Source of the DNA: Phyllobates terribilis | Taxonomy: Eukaryota | Direction: 5' to 3' | DNA: 64,000 nucleotides | Assembly: GCF_046119375.1 (NCBI RefSeq) | Contig: NW_027362771.1 | Location: forward strand, 24,862,001 to 24,926,000 | Shown: positions 57,701 to 64,000 of the stretch, one piece after another | Layout: every line of letters starts with the position of its first letter | Position numbering within the stretch: the stretch's first letter is position 1 | Notes under the pieces: model-generated | Told to the model about the DNA's origin: nothing | Seen by the model: the letters and a program-made list of their open reading frames with translations, nothing else | The model's database searches: none | Translations under genes and position numbers: made by a program

Positions 57701-60700
57701 GCTGTCCTGGGTCTCCTTCCAGCTGTGGTGAGGCAGGGGGTTTAACGTCATACCGTGATGCCTCCTGGAGGCTCGTTGCTCGTGGACCATTCCATTCCGA
57801 TGAAAGGCAGGTAGTTCAATCTCCTCCAGGTCATCCACTTTTTCTTCAGTGTCCAACTGGTGAGGCATCCTGGACAGGGCATCGGCAGTAGCGTTCTTGC
57901 GGCTCGCCCGGTACTTAATAATGAATTAGTATTTTGACAGCCGAGCCATCCATCGTTGTTCCATGGCTCCTAGTTTGGCTGTTTCCAGATGAGTCAAGGG
58001 GTTATTATCAGTGAAGGCAGTGAACTTACTGGAGGCTAGATAGTGTTTGAACCGCTCGGTGATGGCCCAGACCAGGGCCAGGAACTCCGACTTGAAGCTG
58101 CTATAGTTCTCTGGGTTCCTTTCGGTCGGATGGAGCTTCCTGTTTGCATAGGCGATCACCTTCTTTCGGCCATCCTGAGTCTGACTCAGTACAGCTCCCA
58201 ATCCTTTGTTGCTGGCATCAGTGTACAGCAGGAACGGTTATCTGTAGTCAGGGTAGGCTAGGATCTCTTCGCCGGTCAGGATCTCCTTATCACCTTAAAG
58301 GATTCAGCTTGCTCCTTACCCCACTGGAACGGGGGATTCCTGCCTCTGGTGGACTGTCCTACCAGGAGGTCTTGCAGAGGCGCTGCTTTCTTGGTATAGT
58401 CCTTCACAAACCTCCAGTAATACCTGACTAGTCCCAGGAACTGACGTACTTCCTTGAGGCTCTTTGACTCCGGCCATTTCTGGATGGCAGTGACCTTCTC
58501 TGGGTCTGGTGCTACTCCCTCTGGACTAACGATGTGCCCCAGGTACTGTACCTTTCGCTTGAGCAAGTGGCACTTTGAGGGCTTCAGCTTCATCCCATAC
58601 CGGGACAGCGACTCAAATACCTCCGCCAGGTGCTTCAAGTGGTCCTCATACGTTTTGGAGTACACTATAACGTCGTCCAGGTATAGTAGTACAGTCTCAA
58701 AGTTGCGGTATCCCAGGCAGCACTCCATCAATCTCTGGAACGTTCCAGCGGCGTTGCAGAGTCCAAACGGCATACTGTTGATCAAGCAGAGTCCCATCGG
58801 GGTAATGAAGGCCGTCTTCTCCTGATCCTCCTCAGCAACAGCTACTTGCCAGTACCCACTAGTGAGGTCAAGGGTGGAGAAGTAATTTGCAGACTTTAAG
58901 GCAGCCAGGGATTCCTCTATATGTGGTAAAGTGTATGCATCTTTATGTGTAATATGATTTACTTGTCTGTAATCTACACACATTCTCATGCTTCCATCCT
59001 TTTTCCTGACTAGAACTAGGGGAGCTGCCCAGGGACTACAACTATCCCTTACTACCCCTGCCTTCTTCATGTCGTGCAACATCTCCTTCGACTTCTTGTA
59101 GTGTGCTGGTGGTATAGGCCTGTAACGTTCTTTGATGGGTGGATGGTCACCTGTGGGGATATGGTGTTGTACCCCTTTAATCCTCCCAAAGTCAAGTGGG
59201 TGCTTACTGAATACCTGCGCTTATTCCTGAACCACCCGGTGTACCCCCTGTTTTTGATGGACAGCGGTGGTGTCTGTCCCAACATGGAGCTGTTGACACC
59301 AATCCTCCACCTGGGTTCCCGGGTCATTATCCTCCACTTCGTCTGGTGAGGTTAAGGACTCCGCTGTGTGTATGGAGTTGTTATTTACCATGTACAATTT
59401 GGCAACAGTGGCATAGCATGGTAATCTCACCTCGTCCTCCCCATAGTTTAGGAGGCGTACGGGCACCCTCGCATTACGTACATCCACTACCCCTCTGGCA
59501 GTTAAGAGTGTAGGTCTATGCTCTGAGCTAAGGGGCTCTACTACCGCCTGGTAGCTCCGTTCTTTGAGACCTATTGCTGCTCTACACCAAATCAGCATTT
59601 CACTCATTGGGGGAATCACAATGGGTACCGGGTCTGTCACCCGTACATTACCAATTTCACCGCCTGTTAGCTTTACCTGTTGCTAGTACATAAGGGCTCG
59701 GATCTCTTTCTGGAGCGCCCTTCCCTGCCCTGGTCTGGCAGTGTCAGCTATCTGTTGGAGCAAGAACAACACTTCTCCCAAACAGTTACTAACAATATTT
59801 GTGCCAAGTACCATATACAAATCTGTATCATCAGGATTAGTCTCTACTACAATTAGTCCTTGGTCCTTCAGTTCAACTCTTCCCACCTTTACTGCCACAT
59901 CCTTAACCCCGACTAGGTTAAGGGGGAGGCCGTTTGAGGCATACACGGAAAGATTTGGATCAGGTGGGTGAAGTTCGTCTATGGACCAGAACCTTTTGTA
60001 GAGGACATCAGGCATGATGGTTACCTGAGATCCTGTGTCCAGCAGAGCAGGTGTTGTGATGCCGTCCAGCACGATGGACAGGAAAGGTCTTCCTCCCACG
60101 AACCTGTGGTACCATTTTGATGGGCCTGAGGGGTTTACTCCTGGGTGTCGGCCCTCGGCCCCAAGGTTTGCTCATTTAAAGGACAGCTCTGGACGGCGTG
60201 ACCTGTCTTGTGGCAGCGGTGGCAGACAAGGTCCTTCGGTAGGCGGCGTTGGTCGCTTGTCCTCCCAGGGGTTGGCGTTCTCCTCCTCCTCCTTCTCATC
60301 CCGGGGACATCGTCAGCGCTGCAACAGTGCTGCATCCAGCGCTGCATCAGTCCTCTGAGGCCGGTGTTCAGGCAGCTTAGTTGGTGTGGTTCCCCACAGG
60401 TGGAGCGGGGCCTCAGGGCAGTGTAGGAGAAGGGAGGCAGGACAGAGGGGACCCAGCCGGGTCAGAGGAAGAATAGGCACACACACAACAGTTCACTTCA
60501 GTACCTTTACTGGTGGTGTTTCTGGCACGATCCAGGGTACTTCAGGGTGAAGGGTGCATATCAGGACTCTCCCCAGTGAGTGGGTGTGGGGCCTCCTGTT
60601 CCTTGCCTTTCCTTGATAAGTTTCTGACCTGCCTGGAGCTAGGCCTACCTTGGTCTCTGTCTTGCACCTGCTGACCTGGTGGTAGGGCCTTCTGTTGGAG

Positions 60701-61288
60701 TTCACACTCCCTGGTCTCTGGGGCCTCCGGGACTCCTGACCCTGCTAAGTAATCAGCTTTTGGTGTTCCTGGGACATATAGTTCGCCAGGGGTTCCGGTT
60801 GTTTCTGCTGGGTGTAAGGAATCCCTGCAGACGCGGACCCGGTGTCCGGTATATGTTCTTGGGGTGAGCGGGGAAAGCTCCTCTGCTCCCTTTTGTTACT
60901 CTCTTTCCACTCGCCTTTGGCCACGCTTGGGGCCCTCACTAGGCTTCACACGGCCAGTAGGCCTTGCTACTCTTCACCCCCCTTTTGGCATCAGCACGCC
61001 CTAGGCTCACTAACTCGAGCTCTCTGAGTCTGGACTGAACTGACTGAGCTCCACTGCAGGCTAGCTTCTGCAGGAGCTCCTCTCAACAGGCTGACCTTCT
61101 CACAGACTGTAGACTCCCGACTGACTGCCTAACTCCACCCTCCAGTATATATATTCCTATCCGGGCTCCCTCTGGTGGTCTGAGGTGGTAGGGTGGAGGT
61201 GTGTGAATGCGATGAGGGTCTCTTGTGGAGAAGTCTGTCCATGCACCATACTGGGATCTGTGGTACCAGTGCGCAGCAGGGCGCCACA
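48731..61288 (-). mobile_element. Gypsy LTR retrotransposon (PR-RT-RH-INT) with most of gag deleted; 3' LTR ~48731-49590 plus 55157-55447, truncated 5' LTR ~60347-61288
   Basis: LTR start TGTGGCGCCC on the minus strand at 55447 and 61288, and PPT taggggggaa. CCHC knuckle CHRCHKTGHAVQSC, PR LLDTGSQV, RT YLDD (58276-59082), RNase H, and INT (56822-57409). No TSD found, so the left boundary is less certain. Confidence 0.88.
49591..55148. mobile_element. Non-autonomous hAT element (copy 2, 5.56 kb) with a giant nested-palindrome interior
   Basis: Same termini as 3431-9293; perfect 8-bp TSD GTCGGCAC. The empty site is visible in the sister LTR at about 60990. Confidence 0.95.
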
Positions 61289-61743
61289 GAGGCTGCTCTG
61301 TTTAAAACTAGCCTACTACAGGACCTGACATGATGTCATTGTGGAATGCCCAATTTGGTCACACAGTCCAGTTCCTGCTAAGCTGCGGTCATCTAAAAGA
61401 CTCCCACCTGGAAGTGTTTTCCCTTGTTGTGCGGGGCTCCTTTGCACAACAGGACCAGGTGAGTGGTCACAACATCCTCCCCCTTCATTCGCCCCCAAAA
61501 CCTCAGGCTCTTCACCATTGGCGCTCCAACTGCTTTTGTTTTCCATTTTTGTTCCAATCCTTAGTTCTTTTAGGGACCCCTCCCCTTATGCTATAGGTCT
61601 TCGTTCTGACTAGCCGAGGACTAAGGCTGTACTGTTTGCTAGGAACAGGCAGCCCGCTACATCGTAGGGATTCAGCTTAGTCTTACTGTAGGGACAGCTT
61701 TCCCCTTTCTTTCCTTAGTACATGTTCAGATCATAACAATAGT

Positions 61744-64000
61744 AAGGTAATTAACCTCTCTACACATGTTTTGACCAATATTCAGCAACAGGTCCTAGAA
61801 AAAGGCTTATTATTTTCACGTTCTCGGTCTTTAGATCCCTTTGTAGCCATAAAAGATGTCCATTTGTTTGCTCGCAAAATGATACTGAGGAAATTACACT
61901 CTAAACAAACAAATGAGGATGTTTTTATCACCAAGGACGAACAGGAGGCATTGGCCATCTTAGAATCTCTAAGTGAAGAAAATTCTACCTCTAATGAGGT
62001 GAGTAGTTTCCCCACACATTTGTATTGTAAATCTAAGAAATTTCCACCCATCAGTTTATGTCCTGCGGTAGATATCTTTGCGAAACTTGTCTCCGCTGAC
62101 ATTGAAAATCTGGCTTTTGAGTCCGATAAATCAAAAAAGAACCTTAATAGGACAGAACAGCTGGCCCTAAAGGAATTGCAGAGCTGGCAGGATGTCGTGT
62201 ATAAACCAGCCGATAAAGGCGGCAATGTTGTTATCTGGCCCAAGGAGGCCTATGAAAAACAGGCTCATAAATTATTTAATGATACACGCTGTTACTGTAA
62301 ACTATCTAGTAACCCTACTATCTCCTTCCAGCTGGAATTGGTTGAAATCCTAGAAAAAGGATTTGAGCAAGGGATAATTTTGAAGAAAATGGTGGATAGT
62401 GTTAAGGAACTGCACCCTCGCATATCGACCTTCTATATCATTCCCAAAGGTCATAAAAACGTACTTGATCCACCTGAGAGACCGATAGTAGCGAGCATCG
62501 GGAGCTTATATGAACTCATATATGTTACCATCAATTTTTACCTCAAGCCACTTGTATTGACTTTACCATCATATGTCAAAGACACAACTGCCGCCCTACA
62601 TGGTTTCGATAACGTACATCTGACACCAAATATGACTATGGTAGTTGCCGATGTAGAATCGCTTTATACTTCGATAAGGCATGTGGATGGCTTGAGGGCA
62701 GTTTCTTTCTTTCTTAAATCCAGCAACATAAAGCCCGCTCTGACTGAACTTTTACTAATATTGTTAGAGTTCATCCTTACGCACAATTATTTCATATTTG
62801 AAAAACAGATCTTTCTTCAAACTCAAGGAACTGCAATGGGTGCAGCATGTGCCCCCAACTGCGCAAATTTATTTCTTGGAACATGGGAAAGAGATATTTT
62901 CATGGTGGACACAATACCTGGCATTTAGAAGATCCAACAATGGATGAGGTTTATAGATGACGTTTAGTTTATCTGGGAGGGCACTAATTTAGAACTTGAG
63001 TGCCTGATGAACAGATTAAACTTGAATAACATCAACTTCAGGTTTCCTACAGAGCAGGAAGAAACTTGGACTTTTTGGACATTAATATCACCACATTACC
63101 CAATGGTGACCTGCATACGGATGTCTTTAGGAAGCCAACATTAACAAACGCTCTATTGCATGCAAGTTCTTCACATCCAGCATCAACTATCAAGGGTATT
63201 CCAGTGGGGCAATTTCTGAGACTGAGGCGCATTTGTTCAAATGACCTCTCCTTTGAGAGACAGGCAGAGGATCTCAAAGAGCGCTTTAAAGAAAGGGGAA
63301 ATAACTGACATCAGATTTAGGGAGGATACTTTAGGGCAAAGCAGACATCTCGTAATGATGTTTTGTATAAAACCAAATCAAGTGATTCCATTGACAATAC
63401 AAATCCAATTCGGCTGATAACAACTTTTAATGACCAGTGGATGGGTCTGAGGAGAATCATTCAGAAACATTGGAATGTTCTCCGGGTTGACCCCATTCTC
63501 ATAAAATGTCTGCCAGAATGCCCATCTATTACGGCACGCAGGTCTAAAAATTTGAAAGATCTTCTCGTTCGTAGTCATTAAGAAGGGAGAAATCAGAACA
63601 AAAATACTTTGCTTAGCACAATTGGATTCTATCCCTGCAATCATTGCAATGCATGTGCAAATATGGTAAAAGCAAAGTACTTTAGAAATTCGGCTAATAC
63701 AAGGACCTATGTGATTAGACATCACCTTACATGGTCTTCTAAAGGGGTAATTTACTTTGCTTAATGCCCTTGCAAAAAAATATACATTGGACTAACCACC
63801 AGAGAACTAAGAGTAAGAACTCGGGAGCATGTAAGGGACATCGAAAAAAGCAAAACCACCGAAGATGTGACTCAACTTAAGACTCTACCTAAACACTTCT
63901 ACCTATGTCATCAAAGTGACGCCAACTTGCTGAAAGTTAAAGCCATAGACCAAGTGTCTATGGGCCCTAGGGGTGAGAATCTTGGTAGGATGCTAGCTCA
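61744..64000 (+). pseudogene. PLE RT, Cys-rich linker and GIY-YIG endonuclease (Neptune-like), with stops and a frameshift
   Basis: KPADKGG, RPIVAS, DVESLYTSI, QTQGTAMGA, RFIDD, YPCNHCNAC, and GVIYFA*CPCKKIYIGLTTRELRVRTREH (~63745-63830). Confidence 0.92.

Larger units (their letters stand above)
48456..61542. mobile_element. Small hammerhead-bearing insertion (native parts 48456-48730 plus 61289-61542, ~530 bp) in the chromovirus 3' LTR, expanded by a nested Gypsy
   Basis: Flanked by the 13-bp direct repeat CCATTTTTG(C/T)TCC (48443-48455 and 61543-61555), which occurs once in the intact 5' LTR. Confidence 0.7.
41182..61738 (+). mobile_element. Full-length degenerate chromovirus (Tf1/sushi-type Gypsy); 5' LTR 41182-41619, 3' LTR 48202-48455 plus 61556-61738
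   Basis: TGTTA...TAACA LTRs and PPT aaaagagggggtac. Gag at 41670-44990, PR (FVDCGS), RT (YLDD, ~45955), RNase H at 46090-46790, INT at 47032-48033 and a chromodomain at ~47990-48170. Multiple frameshifts. Confidence 0.92.
25094..64000 (+). mobile_element. Second PLE copy (pLTR plus ORF), running off the window end; native pieces are 25094-25250, 38423-38595, 39271-41181 and ~61744-64000
   Basis: Reverse-complement homology to the left copy is continuous across every insertion. Confidence 0.85.

Noticed and set aside
48731-61288. TSD for the minus-strand Gypsy
   Set aside because: The flanks CCCC and GAGG do not match, so no TSD is claimed.
41178-61743. 2-bp TSDs for the chromoviruses (AT here, GT at 12492/14240)
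   Set aside because: Comparison with the other PLE copy fits a decayed 5-bp TSD (GTAAT/ATAGT) equally well, and no empty site is available for the second element. This is unresolved.

Overview
Eukaryotic repeat-dense DNA, most likely from an amphibian (frog) genome (inferred from the TE families present). I see no host gene. Nearly all of the window is nested transposons. The scaffold is two Penelope-like retroelements (RT plus GIY-YIG) joined head-to-head at about 25,090: a minus-strand copy at about 1,895-25,085 with both pseudo-LTRs, and a plus-strand copy from 25,094 past 64,000. Each of the three pseudo-LTRs carries a minimal hammerhead ribozyme motif and a (TA)n tract. Nested inside, up to five levels deep, are six Tc1/mariner copies from four families, one hAT family (a 9.6 kb copy with a 1226-aa transposase ORF plus two 5.6-5.9 kb non-autonomous copies with giant palindromic interiors), two chromoviruses, a Gmr1-type Gypsy, a standard Gypsy, a solo LTR, an L1 fragment, a Helitron, and hAT and Harbinger MITEs. 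Most boundaries are supported by TIRs and TSDs read directly from the sequence. Three observations stand out. (1) A 259-bp hairpin has a hammerhead in its loop, and one arm begins exactly at the predicted cleavage site. (2) The two palindromic hAT copies differ by an internal inversion. (3) Several unrelated MITEs carry outward-facing consensus splice donors. All coordinates were counted by eye and may be off by a few bases.
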